Below are positions 29,252 to 40,470 of a stretch of DNA of 64,000 nt, in pieces. The stretch covers positions 57 through 64,056 of the forward strand of contig CAKPHD010000002.1 in assembly GCA_934155625.1 (NCBI GenBank). Reading direction: 5' to 3'. How positions within the stretch are numbered: position 1 is the first letter of the stretch; each line of letters opens with the position of its first letter. This DNA comes from an uncultured Clostridia bacterium (GTDB lineage Bacteria > Bacillota > Clostridia > TANB77 > CAG-508). The translations under genes were made by a program, and so were the position numbers. The notes below the pieces were generated by a model. The model searched no databases. It was not told the origin of the DNA and worked only from the letters and a program-made list of their open reading frames with translations.

Positions 29252-30607
29252 ATGCCAATGGACAAAGACGAACTATTAAACAAAGCAAAAAACTTACTAA
29301 AAGTTGAAATGACTGAAATTGCATTTGAAACTTGGTTTGGTCCTGTTGAAATGACTGAAATGACTGACACAAATATCGTCCTAAAAGCTAGTTCAAAATA
29401 TGCTAGAGAAATGTTAGAAACTCGCTATGCAGATTTAATTCTAAACACCTTCAAATTTATTACCAATAAAGATTGGACCGTTTCCGTTTTTTCAGACGAA
29501 GACAAAGAAGATGGAGAGAGTAATGGAGTTATAGTTTCAAATAATCAGATTCTTCAAGATACTGAAATTGAAACTTCAAATAGAACACTTAATCCAAAAT
29601 ATACTTTCGAAACATTTGTAGTAGGAAGTAACAATCGTTTGGCACATGCAGCAGCAATCGCAGTAGCTGATAAACCTGGAGAATCTTATAATCCATTATT
29701 TTTATATGGAGGAGTAGGTCTAGGTAAAACTCACTTAATGCATGCAATAGGAAATAGAATTTTACAAAATAATAGATATGCAAAAATCCTATATGTAACT
29801 TCAGAAAAATTTACAAACCAAATGATAAATGCAATCAAAGATAATAAAAATGAGGTATTTAGAAATAAATATAGAACAATTGATGTTTTATTAATTGACG
29901 ATATTCAGTTCATTGCTGGTAAAGAAAGAGTTCAAGAAGAATTCTTCCACACGTTTAACGCTTTATTTGAAGATAAAAAACAAATTATCATCTCAAGTGA
30001 TAAACCACCTAGAGAAATCCAATTTCTAGAAGACAGACTAAAATCAAGATTTGAATGGGGGCTATTAGCTGATATCTCATGCCCAGACTACGAAACTCGT
30101 TTAGCAATTCTTAGGAAAAAAGCTCAAGAAGAAAAAATTATAGTTGATGACATTATTTTATCGAATATTGCTAATAAAATTGATTCTAATATTAGAGAAT
30201 TAGAAGGAGTATTTAACAAAATTATTGCCACAGCTTCACTTACACACACACCAATTACAATTGAATTAGCAGAAAATACAATTAATGAGTTTAAAGCAGC
30301 AAATGAAAAAGTACTTTCAGCAGATTTTGTAAAAGAAACTGTAGCAAAATACTTTAATATTAACAAAGATGATTTATCTAGCAATAAAAGATCAAATGAG
30401 ATTGCATTTCCAAGACAAATTGCAATGTATCTATGTAGAGAAGTAGCAAATATGTCTTATCCTAAGATAGGAGAGGATTTCGGCAATAGAGATCATTCTA
30501 CAGTAATGCATGCTTGCAAGAAAATTGAAAAAGAAGTAAAAGAAAAAAATAACACAAAGCTAATTGTGGAAAGTGTGAAAAACATAATTATAAATGGTGA
30601 ACAATAG
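29252..30607 (+). CDS. dnaA: Chromosomal replication initiator protein DnaA
   Basis: AAA+ Walker A LYGGVGLGKTHL and a C-terminal DNA-binding helix region (…RDHSTVMHACKKIE…). ATG at 29252 preferred over the TTG at 29234 in the ORF track. Confidence 0.95.
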   Translation: MPMDKDELLNKAKNLLKVEMTEIAFETWFGPVEMTEMTDTNIVLKASSKYAREMLETRYADLILNTFKFITNKDWTVSVFSDEDKEDGESNGVIVSNNQILQDTEIETSNRTLNPKYTFETFVVGSNNRLAHAAAIAVADKPGESYNPLFLYGGVGLGKTHLMHAIGNRILQNNRYAKILYVTSEKFTNQMINAIKDNKNEVFRNKYRTIDVLLIDDIQFIAGKERVQEEFFHTFNALFEDKKQIIISSDKPPREIQFLEDRLKSRFEWGLLADISCPDYETRLAILRKKAQEEKIIVDDIILSNIANKIDSNIRELEGVFNKIIATASLTHTPITIELAENTINEFKAANEKVLSADFVKETVAKYFNINKDDLSSNKRSNEIAFPRQIAMYLCREVANMSYPKIGEDFGNRDHSTVMHACKKIEKEVKEKNNTKLIVESVKNIIINGEQ

Positions 30608-30706
30608 AAAAATAAATAGTTTAGATACTGTTTTTGAAAATTTGTTCATGAGGACAATTGTTTGGTTACAAAAAAGTTATCTTTACTTACGGAACCAATA
30701 CACGAG

Positions 30707-30873
30707 ATATCCACAACCATCTGTTGAAAGTGTGTTGATAAACTGTTAATAACTAAGAAATCCACAATATAAAAAATTTACTGTGGACAAATTGGTAAAT
30801 TATCCACTAAGTTATACACATTAAATTTTCTTAGGGATTAAATGTTTCCACATAGTTTTCCACATTATCCACA
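30707..30873. promoter_or_regulatory. oriC part 2: DnaA-box cluster between dnaA and dnaN
   Basis: Boxes at 30707, 30758, 30782 (reverse), 30800, 30812, 30844, 30856 and 30865. The last three are tandem and end in a perfect TTATCCACA. Confidence 0.8.
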
Positions 30874-30878
30874 GTACC

Positions 30879-30934
30879 TAATACTATTACTACTAATAAT
30901 ATTTATATTTATATATAATAATTAATAAATAAAA
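30879..30934 (+). promoter_or_regulatory. DnaA-trio array and AT-rich DNA unwinding element
   Basis: After the last box and a short GTACC come eight consecutive TAx triplets (TAA TAC TAT TAC TAC TAA TAA TAT, 30879-30902), then pure A/T. This matches the box / GC-cluster / trio / AT-rich layout described for B. subtilis oriC. Confidence 0.6.
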
Positions 30935-30948
30935 AGGAGAGAAGCAAA

Positions 30949-32064
30949 ATGAAAATTGTTTGTTATAGGGACAATATCCTTAAAGCATTAAATTCCGTAG
31001 TAAAAGGTGTAGCTAGTAAAACAACAATGCCTATACTAGAAGGAATACTTATTCAAACTAATGATAATGAAATAAAATTAACAACTTATGACTTAGAAAT
31101 CGGTATAGAATATGTGATGGAATGTGAAGTAAAAGAACAAGGCAGTACAGTAGTAAATGCAATAATGTTTAGTGAAATAATAAGAAAACTACCAGATACA
31201 GAGATTTATATAACATTAAACGAAAATAATTTATTGGAAATTGAATGTGAAGGAGCTTTATATAAATTAACAACTATGAATCCAGAAGAATTTCCAGAAT
31301 TACCAAAAATAGAAGTAGAAAATTCAATTGATTTAGAACAAAATATGTTGAGAAATATGATAAGAAGAACAATATTTGCTGTTAGTAACGAAGAAAACAG
31401 ACCAATATTCACAGGTTGTTTATTCGAAGTGGAAAACAATAAGTTAAATGTTGTTGCAGTTGACGGTTTTAGATTAGCATTAAGAAGTATTTATTTACAA
31501 ACTAAAGTTAATGATTTTAAAGCAGTTATTCCAGGAAAGACATTAAGTGAAGTTAATAAAATTTTACAAGATTCTTTTGATCATATTAAAATCGGAATAG
31601 CTAAAAATCAAGCATTATTCGAAATGGAAAATTGTAAAATTGTTACTCGTATATTAGATGGTGAATTTTTGAATTATAAATCAGTAATACCAAGCAATTG
31701 GGAAACAAGAATAAGAGTAAATAAGAGTAATTTACAAAATAGTTTTGAAAGAATTAGCTTAATATCAGCATCTTCTATAGAAAAAGAGAAAAAATATCCT
31801 GTAAGAGTTTCAATAGATATTGGAAAATTAACAATATCTTGTACAAACCAGACAGGAGAGGCTAAAGAAGAATTATATGTTTCAACAGAAGGTAAGAATA
31901 TAGAAGCAGGATTTAATCCAAAATATTTTCTTGATAGTTTAAAGGCAATAGATGATGAGGAGGTTTTTGTTGAATTTGGTACAAGTATTTCCCCATGTTT
32001 AGTAAAATCTGTGGAAAACAATGAATATGTTTATATGATTTTACCAATTAGATTAAAAGAATAG
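30949..32064 (+). CDS. dnaN: DNA polymerase III beta sliding clamp
   Basis: 371 aa, typical clamp N-terminus and length, conserved position after dnaA, AGGAGA RBS. Confidence 0.95.
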   Translation: MKIVCYRDNILKALNSVVKGVASKTTMPILEGILIQTNDNEIKLTTYDLEIGIEYVMECEVKEQGSTVVNAIMFSEIIRKLPDTEIYITLNENNLLEIECEGALYKLTTMNPEEFPELPKIEVENSIDLEQNMLRNMIRRTIFAVSNEENRPIFTGCLFEVENNKLNVVAVDGFRLALRSIYLQTKVNDFKAVIPGKTLSEVNKILQDSFDHIKIGIAKNQALFEMENCKIVTRILDGEFLNYKSVIPSNWETRIRVNKSNLQNSFERISLISASSIEKEKKYPVRVSIDIGKLTISCTNQTGEAKEELYVSTEGKNIEAGFNPKYFLDSLKAIDDEEVFVEFGTSISPCLVKSVENNEYVYMILPIRLKE

Positions 32065-32066
32065 TC

Positions 32067-32100
32067 ATTGGGTCAGATATTGCTTCTGACCCAATTTATT
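32067..32100 (+). terminator. dnaN terminator
   Basis: ATTGGGTCAGA / TCTGACCCAAT 11-bp stem followed by TTTATT. Confidence 0.6.
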
Positions 32101-32556
32101 ATCTATAAAAAAATAAACATAATACAATGGAAAAAAATAAAATAAAATATTATAAAATAAATAAAAATAAATTACAAAAAATAAATAAAATAGAATAAAT
32201 TAGAATAAATTAGTAAAAAAAAGAATAAAAAAGTTTTATTATTTTAATAATAAAACTAATATTAGTTTACATGGGTTTACTTAATACTAAAAAAAGAATA
32301 AAAAATAATTCGTAAAATAATAAAAAATAAATAAATAATTAAATAATTTTAATAATAAAAAAATAAATAAAAATTAATTTAAATAAAAATAAATAAATAA
32401 AAAATAATAAAAAAATCAAAAAAAATAAAAAATAACAAAAAATCGACGCACGAAAATCAAAAATAAGACGTTTTTATTTTTTAATAATATAATTTTATAT
32501 TAAAAAAATTATTAAAAAATAACAGAAAATAATAAAAAATACAAAAAATTATACAC
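32100..32556 (+). repeat. ~450-bp A-rich simple-sequence spacer ((A)nTAAA-type low complexity)
   Basis: Almost only A and T with strong A excess on the plus strand. No ORF of 60 aa or more on either strand. Occupies the place where many Firmicutes have a small S4-domain gene between dnaN and recF. Confidence 0.75.
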
Positions 32557-32558
32557 AA

Positions 32559-33644
32559 ATGGAGAATAATATGTGGATAAATAATATTAAATTAAATAAT
32601 TTTAGGAATTATAATAAGAAAGAAATAAATTTACACGAAAATATTAATGTTTTTTTTGGAGAAAATGCACAAGGAAAAACAAATATTATTGAAGCAATAT
32701 TTTTGTGTAGTATAGGAAAATCTTTTAGAACAAAAAAAGAAAAAGAATTAATTAAATTTAATGAAGAAAGAACTTTAGTAGAAATTAATTATGAAAAAAG
32801 TGATAGAACAGGAAATATTAAAATAGAAATTGGTGAAAAAAAACAAGTTTATTTAAACGGAATAAAAATAAAAAAATTAAGTGAATTATTAGGAAATATA
32901 AATGTAGTAATTTTTACACCTGATGATATTAATATTTTAAAAGGTGGACCAGAAAATAGAAGAAAATTTTTAGATATTATGATAAGTCAATTAAGACCTA
33001 ATTATATGCATATATTATCATTATATAATAAAACATTAGATCAAAGAAATAATTATTTAAAACAAATAAAAACAGAAAAAAAAGATGAAAATTTATTAGA
33101 TATTTGGGATGAAAAATTAATTGATTATGGTGTTAAAATATATGAATATAGAAAAGAATTTTTAGAAAAAATAATAAATAAAATAAAAAATATTCATAAA
33201 GGCATAACAGATGGAAAAGAAGAAATAGAAATTGAATATATTTCTGATGCTATGACTAGACAAAATTTTATAAATGAGTTAAAATCAAGAAGAAAATTAG
33301 ATATAATAAAAGGACATACAACAAAGGGAATTCATAGAGATGATTTTATTATATATATAAATAAGAAGGAAGTTGGTCATTTTGGATCACAAGGACAAAA
33401 TAGAACAGCAATGTTATCACTAAAACTTTCAGAATTGCAAGTTATATATGATGATATTGGAGAATATCCAATATTATTATTAGATGATTTTATGTCTGAA
33501 TTAGATTCAAAAAGAAGAGAAAGCTTTTTAAACAATATAAAAGATATTCAAGTTATAATAACATGTACTGAAAAATTAAGACTTGAAAATTTGAAATATT
33601 TTTCGTATAATGTTATAGACGGAGATATAATAGAAAAAAATTAA
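32559..33644 (+). CDS. recF: DNA replication/repair protein RecF
   Basis: Walker A FFGENAQGKTNI, signature-like GSQGQNRTAMLSLKL, Walker B LLLDDFMSELD. The real start may be the ATG at 32571, which has a GGAGA RBS. Confidence 0.9.
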   Translation: MENNMWINNIKLNNFRNYNKKEINLHENINVFFGENAQGKTNIIEAIFLCSIGKSFRTKKEKELIKFNEERTLVEINYEKSDRTGNIKIEIGEKKQVYLNGIKIKKLSELLGNINVVIFTPDDINILKGGPENRRKFLDIMISQLRPNYMHILSLYNKTLDQRNNYLKQIKTEKKDENLLDIWDEKLIDYGVKIYEYRKEFLEKIINKIKNIHKGITDGKEEIEIEYISDAMTRQNFINELKSRRKLDIIKGHTTKGIHRDDFIIYINKKEVGHFGSQGQNRTAMLSLKLSELQVIYDDIGEYPILLLDDFMSELDSKRRESFLNNIKDIQVIITCTEKLRLENLKYFSYNVIDGDIIEKN

Positions 33645-33696
33645 GTACATTTTGAAAATTTTTCCAATAGTGTGCTATTGAAAGGAAGGAAAATAA

Positions 33697-35628
<1,932 letters not shown>

Positions 35629-35635
35629 AAATTAG

Positions 35636-35672
35636 ACTGTTAATAGAAAAAAACTTCTATTGACAGTTTTTT
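35636..35672 (+). terminator. gyrB terminator
   Basis: ACTGTTAATAGAA / TTCTATTGACAGT stem (one mismatch) followed by TTTTT. Confidence 0.6.
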
Positions 35673-35680
35673 CAAATTTA

Positions 35681-35709
35681 ATAGGATTCCACTAATTGTG
35701 GAATCCTAT
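35681..35709. repeat. Perfect 12-bp palindrome ATAGGATTCCAC-TAATT-GTGGAATCCTAT at the left edge of the insertion
   Basis: Read directly. No T-run follows, so it is not an obvious terminator. Confidence 0.6.
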
Positions 35710-36205
35710 TATCTATAAAGCCAATATCAATCTTCACTCAGACTAATATATATAGTAGTTTAATCTAATGTATATCGCTATACAAATAAACTATATACCA
35801 CATATATTAATCAGTTGCTCGACTACAAATGCACTAGTAGAAACTATATTCATCCTCAAGGGACTAATAATAACCCCATATAATACAAGAATAATCTTAT
35901 TTCAAATATATTACATATAATTTAACCATATAAAAATATAAAAATAATCCTTGAAAATTTAAATAAAATATAGCTTGCATACACATAATATATTCTTATC
36001 GCCGACATATATTAATCCATAAAAATGAACTAATATACATCTTTGCTCGAATATTAATAAACTAATTTTTAATCTAATAATACTCTTCAATCAACTGATA
36101 TTAACCTTATACACATATTATGTGCAAAAATTTTTTTTATATTCAAAAAAATAAAAATTTTTTTTAATTATATTTCAATGTTAAATTTATAGAATCTTCA
36201 AAATT

Positions 36206-36337
36206 AATAATATATTGTTTTGAGATACCACGTAAGCGACCAAACGAGCTTATGCGAGTGCGATATGGAGCAATCTACATACTAATATTTTTATATGAAG
36301 ATTGCGACAGCAAGGTATAAAAAAACAATATATTATT
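36206..36337 (+). repeat. Long-hairpin repeat, copy 2
   Basis: Same element as 28787-28924. In this copy the closing palindrome extends outward to about 27 nt (TCTTCAAAATTAATAATATATTGTTTT). Confidence 0.85.
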
Positions 36338-36492
36338 AATTTTGAAAGATGTATTTAATAACAATGAATTATAACTTAAAAAGTTTGGTGTCGTTTTTTG
36401 TCGAACGATTTTTCTTGCAATTAAGTTAAAAACAGTGTATAATAATTTAGCAATGGATAATAATGGAGAAAAAATATAGGAGGTGAGAAAGA

Positions 36493-37029
36493 ATAAAATC
36501 AATACAAAAATGGATACCGATGGAAAAATGTCTAGAAAAAGGAATTATAAAAATAGAAAAAAATAAATATATAAAAATATTAAAAATAATTCCAATTAAT
36601 TTTAATTTAAAAACACAACTAGAAAAAGAATCTATTTTAAATTCATATAAAATATTTTTAAAAACTTGTAATTTTGATATGCAAATTTTAATTCAAAGTA
36701 AAAAAGAAGATTTTAGTAATCATATAGAAAATATTCAAAATATTTCCCAAAAAGAAAAAAATAAAATAATAAAAAAATATTCAGAAGAATATATTAAATT
36801 TATAAAAGAAAAAAATAATAAAAATAAATCTGCATCAAAAAATATTTATTTAATAATTAAAAATAATTCAGAAAATTTAGAAGAAAATATTATTCAAGAA
36901 TTAAATGAAAAATATTTTAAAATAAAAGACTGTTTAATTAGATGTGGAAATATTGTTCAAGAATGTGATAAAGAAGAAATAAAAAATATTTTATTTTCAT
37001 TTTTAAATTTAAAAAAATTTTTAGATTAA
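36493..37029 (+). CDS. VirB4-associated N-domain-like protein (probable ATA start at 36493; first ATG at 36520)
   Basis: AGGAGG at 36478-36483, in-frame stop at 36484-36486, ATA 9 nt after the SD. The ATG at 36520 has no SD. The product aligns with the central part of the 17365-18570 product. Confidence 0.55.
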   Translation: MKSIQKWIPMEKCLEKGIIKIEKNKYIKILKIIPINFNLKTQLEKESILNSYKIFLKTCNFDMQILIQSKKEDFSNHIENIQNISQKEKNKIIKKYSEEYIKFIKEKNNKNKSASKNIYLIIKNNSENLEENIIQELNEKYFKIKDCLIRCGNIVQECDKEEIKNILFSFLNLKKFLD

Positions 37030-37049
37030 AAAATAAGGAGGCGAATTAA

Positions 37050-38945
37050 ATAAATAAAAAAACAGAAAATAAATTAATTAATAATAATAAAATAAAAAAT
37101 AATAAATTAATTAAAAATAATAATAAAATAATAAATAATAAAATAATTAAAAATAAATTAAATAATTATTTAAATAAAAAAAATAAATTAAAAATAAATG
37201 AAGGATTTTTTAATGAAAAAGATTTTATTTCACCATCATATATTAATTTAAATAATCCAAAATTTTTAGAGATTGATGATTATTTTTATTCAGGAATAAT
37301 TATTGTAAATTATAATAGAGAATATAATGATTTAATTTTAAAATCATTAATAGAAACAAATATTAATATGAATATTTCGATATTTTATGAAAAAAAAGAT
37401 TCATTAAAAACATTAAAAGAATTAAGTTATAATATTGGAAATGTAGGAGTAGAACTAAAACAATTTAATGAAAATAGGCAAGATATAGATATTGCAGAAT
37501 ATACATATAATGATGCAAAATATATAAGAAAACAAATTCAAATAAATAATGAAGATATTTATTTTTTATATATTTATTTAAATATTTTTTCTAAAGATAA
37601 AAAAGAATTAGAATATAATTTAGATAAAATAGAAGGAATTTTACAAAGTAAAGGCTTACAAACAAGAAGATCAAATTTTAGGCAAGAGCAATTATTTACA
37701 TCATGTTTGCCATTAATGGAAAATAGTGATGACTTAAAACAAATAGGAAAAAGGAATATTTTGACATCTGGCTTAATAAGTACATATCCATTTATTTCCT
37801 CTTCAATTGTCGAAGAAAAGGGAATTTATATAGGGAATAATATGTATAATAATTCTTTAATTTTAATAGATAGATATAATACAACAAAGTATAAAAACGC
37901 TAATATGTGCATATTTGGGACAAGTGGAGCTGGAAAATCTTTCTATACAAAATTGCTTATTTTAAGAAATACATTATTAGGAATTGAACAATATGTAATT
38001 GATCCAGAAAGGGAATATAATACTATTGCAAAAAGACTAGATGGAACAATTATAAAATTAGGACCGACTTCTGAAAATTATATAAATATTTTTGATATTA
38101 GAAAAGAAAGTATAGAAGAAAATGAGCATGGATATTTAGCAACGAAATTAGGAAAATTAATTGGATTTTTTAATTTAATTTTTGGAGAATTAAATGAAGA
38201 GGAAAAAGCAATATTAGAAGAAAAATTAATTGAAACATATAAAAATAAAAAAATTAATTTTAATGATAAATCTTTATATAAAAAAGGAAAATTTAAAACA
38301 ACAAAAGATATGCCAATTTTAGAAGATTTATATAATAATTTAAATGATGAAAAAACGAAAAAATTTAAAATAAAATTAATTCCATTTATTAAAGGTTCAT
38401 TAAAATTTTTTAATAATTATACAAATATTGAATTAAATAAAAAATTAATTATTGCAGATGTTTATGAATTAGGTGAAGAAAATATGAAATTTGGAATGTA
38501 TTTATTTGTTGAATTATTTTGGGATAAAATAAAAATAAATAGAAAAATAAAAAAAGCAATTTATTTAGATGAAATTTGGAGATTAATTGGAGTAACATCA
38601 AATAAAGAAGTTGCAAAATTTATTTATAAAATATTTAAAACAATTAGAAAATATGGTGGAAGTAGTGTTGCAATAACTCAAGATATTTCGGATTTATTTA
38701 GTCTTGAAAATGGTACTTACGGAAAAAGCATTTTGAATAATTCTAGTATAAAAACATTTTTTTCATTGGAAGAGGAAAATATTAAATTATTATCTCAATA
38801 TTCTAATTTAACAGAAAAAGAAAAAATGGAAATAAAATCATTAAGAAGAGGAGAGTGTTTAACATTTGTTGGTGATGAACATATTTTAATAAATATTGAA
38901 GCAAGTGATTTTGAAAAAGATATCATAGAAGAAAGGAAAAATTAA
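37050..38945 (+). CDS. VirB4-type T4SS ATPase, second copy (non-ATG start; ORF track begins at an internal ATG, 37368)
   Basis: Walker A IFGTSGAGKSFY, Walker B AIYLDEIWRL. The frame is open from 37050, just after the in-frame TAA at 37047. The segment FISPSYINLNNPKFLEIDDYFYSGIIIVNY upstream of 37368 aligns with LIAPSGIDASNIDHLEII..YARSFFVS of the island-A VirB4. AGGAGG lies 8 nt before ATA 37050. Confidence 0.7.
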   Translation: MNKKTENKLINNNKIKNNKLIKNNNKIINNKIIKNKLNNYLNKKNKLKINEGFFNEKDFISPSYINLNNPKFLEIDDYFYSGIIIVNYNREYNDLILKSLIETNINMNISIFYEKKDSLKTLKELSYNIGNVGVELKQFNENRQDIDIAEYTYNDAKYIRKQIQINNEDIYFLYIYLNIFSKDKKELEYNLDKIEGILQSKGLQTRRSNFRQEQLFTSCLPLMENSDDLKQIGKRNILTSGLISTYPFISSSIVEEKGIYIGNNMYNNSLILIDRYNTTKYKNANMCIFGTSGAGKSFYTKLLILRNTLLGIEQYVIDPEREYNTIAKRLDGTIIKLGPTSENYINIFDIRKESIEENEHGYLATKLGKLIGFFNLIFGELNEEEKAILEEKLIETYKNKKINFNDKSLYKKGKFKTTKDMPILEDLYNNLNDEKTKKFKIKLIPFIKGSLKFFNNYTNIELNKKLIIADVYELGEENMKFGMYLFVELFWDKIKINRKIKKAIYLDEIWRLIGVTSNKEVAKFIYKIFKTIRKYGGSSVAITQDISDLFSLENGTYGKSILNNSSIKTFFSLEEENIKLLSQYSNLTEKEKMEIKSLRRGECLTFVGDEHILINIEASDFEKDIIEERKN

Positions 38946-39641
38946 ATGGAAATAAATAATAATATTAATTTAGAAAAATCAAATAATAATTTTTTAAATA
39001 ATATTTTTGGAAAAACAATTAATGCTGCAATTGATGTTGGGCTAAGAGCAATTTTACCAGATTTAATTGAAAATCAAATAATTGATATAAAAAATTCATT
39101 ATTAGAAAATGGATTAAAATCTGGAATAAATACTGCAATAAATTCCGCAATTGATTTTGGAAAAAGTGCGGCAGGAATAGTTACAGGAAATTTCGAAAAT
39201 ATTAATCAGGTAAAAATAGCTATTGGGAATGGAGGTATTGTTGACAATATATCAACTGTATTAGATAAAGTAATAAATACAGTATATCAAAAAGGATATA
39301 TAAATAAAAATACTAAAAATTTAATAAAAAATGGAAAAAATATATTATTAAATAATGTTTCGAATAATATAAAAAATAAATTAGAAGAACAGTCAAACGC
39401 TGTTGAAAAATTAGAAAAATATTTAAATAATTGGAAAATATCATATAATAAAAAGGATTTTTCAAGCATGGAAAAAATATATAATAAAATTGAAGAACAA
39501 TCACAAAAAATAATTCCATTAGAAAATATTATTAATGAAACAAAACAAATAAAAGCTATTCATAATTTAATAAAAAATAATGGACAAAATTTTAATATTA
39601 CTAAAGAGGAAGAAAGATTAGCTAATAATTTAGCAAGCTAA
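38946..39641 (+). CDS. Hypothetical helical protein (231 aa), T4SS module B
   Basis: The ATG overlaps the VirB4 stop (TAAATG). Asn/Ile-rich with no recognisable domain. Confidence 0.5.
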   Translation: MEINNNINLEKSNNNFLNNIFGKTINAAIDVGLRAILPDLIENQIIDIKNSLLENGLKSGINTAINSAIDFGKSAAGIVTGNFENINQVKIAIGNGGIVDNISTVLDKVINTVYQKGYINKNTKNLIKNGKNILLNNVSNNIKNKLEEQSNAVEKLEKYLNNWKISYNKKDFSSMEKIYNKIEEQSQKIIPLENIINETKQIKAIHNLIKNNGQNFNITKEEERLANNLAS

Positions 39642-39650
39642 AATGACATT

Positions 39651-39682
39651 AAAAATACATGCAAAAAAATGCATGTATTTTT
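39651..39682. terminator. Bidirectional terminator between module B operon and the XRE gene
   Basis: AAAAATACATGCA / TGCATGTATTTTT stem with A-run and T-run flanks. Confidence 0.6.
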
Positions 39683-39693
39683 AATAAATATTT

Positions 39694-40044
39694 TTATTCA
39701 TTTTCTTCAGCTAATTTTTTACAAAATTCATTTGAATACATAACAATGTGATAAATAAAATCAGATGTTGTTGCGGAATTTACAGTTAAAATATTATTTA
39801 TTTTTTGTATTGTTTCATTATTTGATTTATTTCCAAAGAGTAAATAATCAGCAGAAACACCTGTATATTTTACAACTTTCTTTAAAGTTTTTACACTTAA
39901 TGAACGTTCTCCTCTTTCTATTTGTCCTAAAAATGAGTCTGTAATATCTATTTTTTCAGAGAATTGTTCTCTCGTCATATGCATACTTTCTCTTATTCCA
40001 CGTAATCTTTCTCCTATTTCAATATCTTCATTATTAAATTGCAT
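39694..40044 (-). CDS. XRE-family helix-turn-helix transcriptional regulator
   Basis: 116 aa: IGERLRGIRESMHMTREQFSEKIDITDSFLGQIERGERSLSVKTLKKVVKYTGVSADYLLFG is a typical HTH_3 domain. Confidence 0.8.
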   Translation of the reverse strand: MQFNNEDIEIGERLRGIRESMHMTREQFSEKIDITDSFLGQIERGERSLSVKTLKKVVKYTGVSADYLLFGNKSNNETIQKINNILTVNSATTSDFIYHIVMYSNEFCKKLAEENE

Positions 40045-40185
40045 ATACTCACCTCGCCAACTTTTTTTATATTATATATTGAAAATTGTCAACTTATAAT
40101 AAGCAAAAAGCGTATATTTAATTTGTACAAAAATAATGAATTAAATTATAAAATATGGCAAAATTAAATATCATGGAGGTGGAGC

Positions 40186-40392
40186 ATGATTGATGATGAA
40201 ATATTAAATCAAATTTTTGAAAATAATTTAGAAAAAATTGAAGAAAATATTTATGAAGAATATCATAAAAGAGTAAAAAGTATAAAAAATCAAGAAGAAA
40301 AGGACAATATAAAAATGAATATTATAAGTGAATTATATTATAAACAAGGATTTAAAGACGGAGTAAAATTTGTGCTTAAAAACATAAAATAA
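40186..40392 (+). CDS. Small acidic protein (68 aa) divergent from the XRE gene
   Basis: GGAGGTGGAG RBS directly upstream of the ATG. No recognisable family. Confidence 0.4.
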   Translation: MIDDEILNQIFENNLEKIEENIYEEYHKRVKSIKNQEEKDNIKMNIISELYYKQGFKDGVKFVLKNIK

Positions 40393-40405
40393 TTGCCCAA
40401 AAACC

Positions 40406-40434
40406 TTGCAAAATAAGGATTAGTGTAATATAAT
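40406..40434 (+). promoter_or_regulatory. gyrA promoter
   Basis: TTGCAA (40406-40411), 17-nt spacer, TATAAT (40429-40434), 37 nt upstream of the gyrA ATG. Confidence 0.55.
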
Positions 40435-40470
40435 ACAAATGGAAAATATAAAAGAAAGAGGTAGAAAACT

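Larger units (their letters stand above)
35629..40470 (+). mobile_element. 4.8-kb insertion between gyrB and gyrA (T4SS module B: split VirB4, 231-aa protein, XRE regulator, small ORF)
   Basis: gyrB and gyrA are normally adjacent in Firmicutes. Here they are separated by a hairpin-repeat copy, T4SS genes and about 0.55 kb of non-coding DNA. Confidence 0.6.

Noticed and set aside
36275-36502. 75-aa minus-strand ORF overlapping hairpin-repeat copy 2.
   Set aside because: It runs through the repeat and the module B promoter/RBS region, has no RBS, and gives a low-complexity translation.
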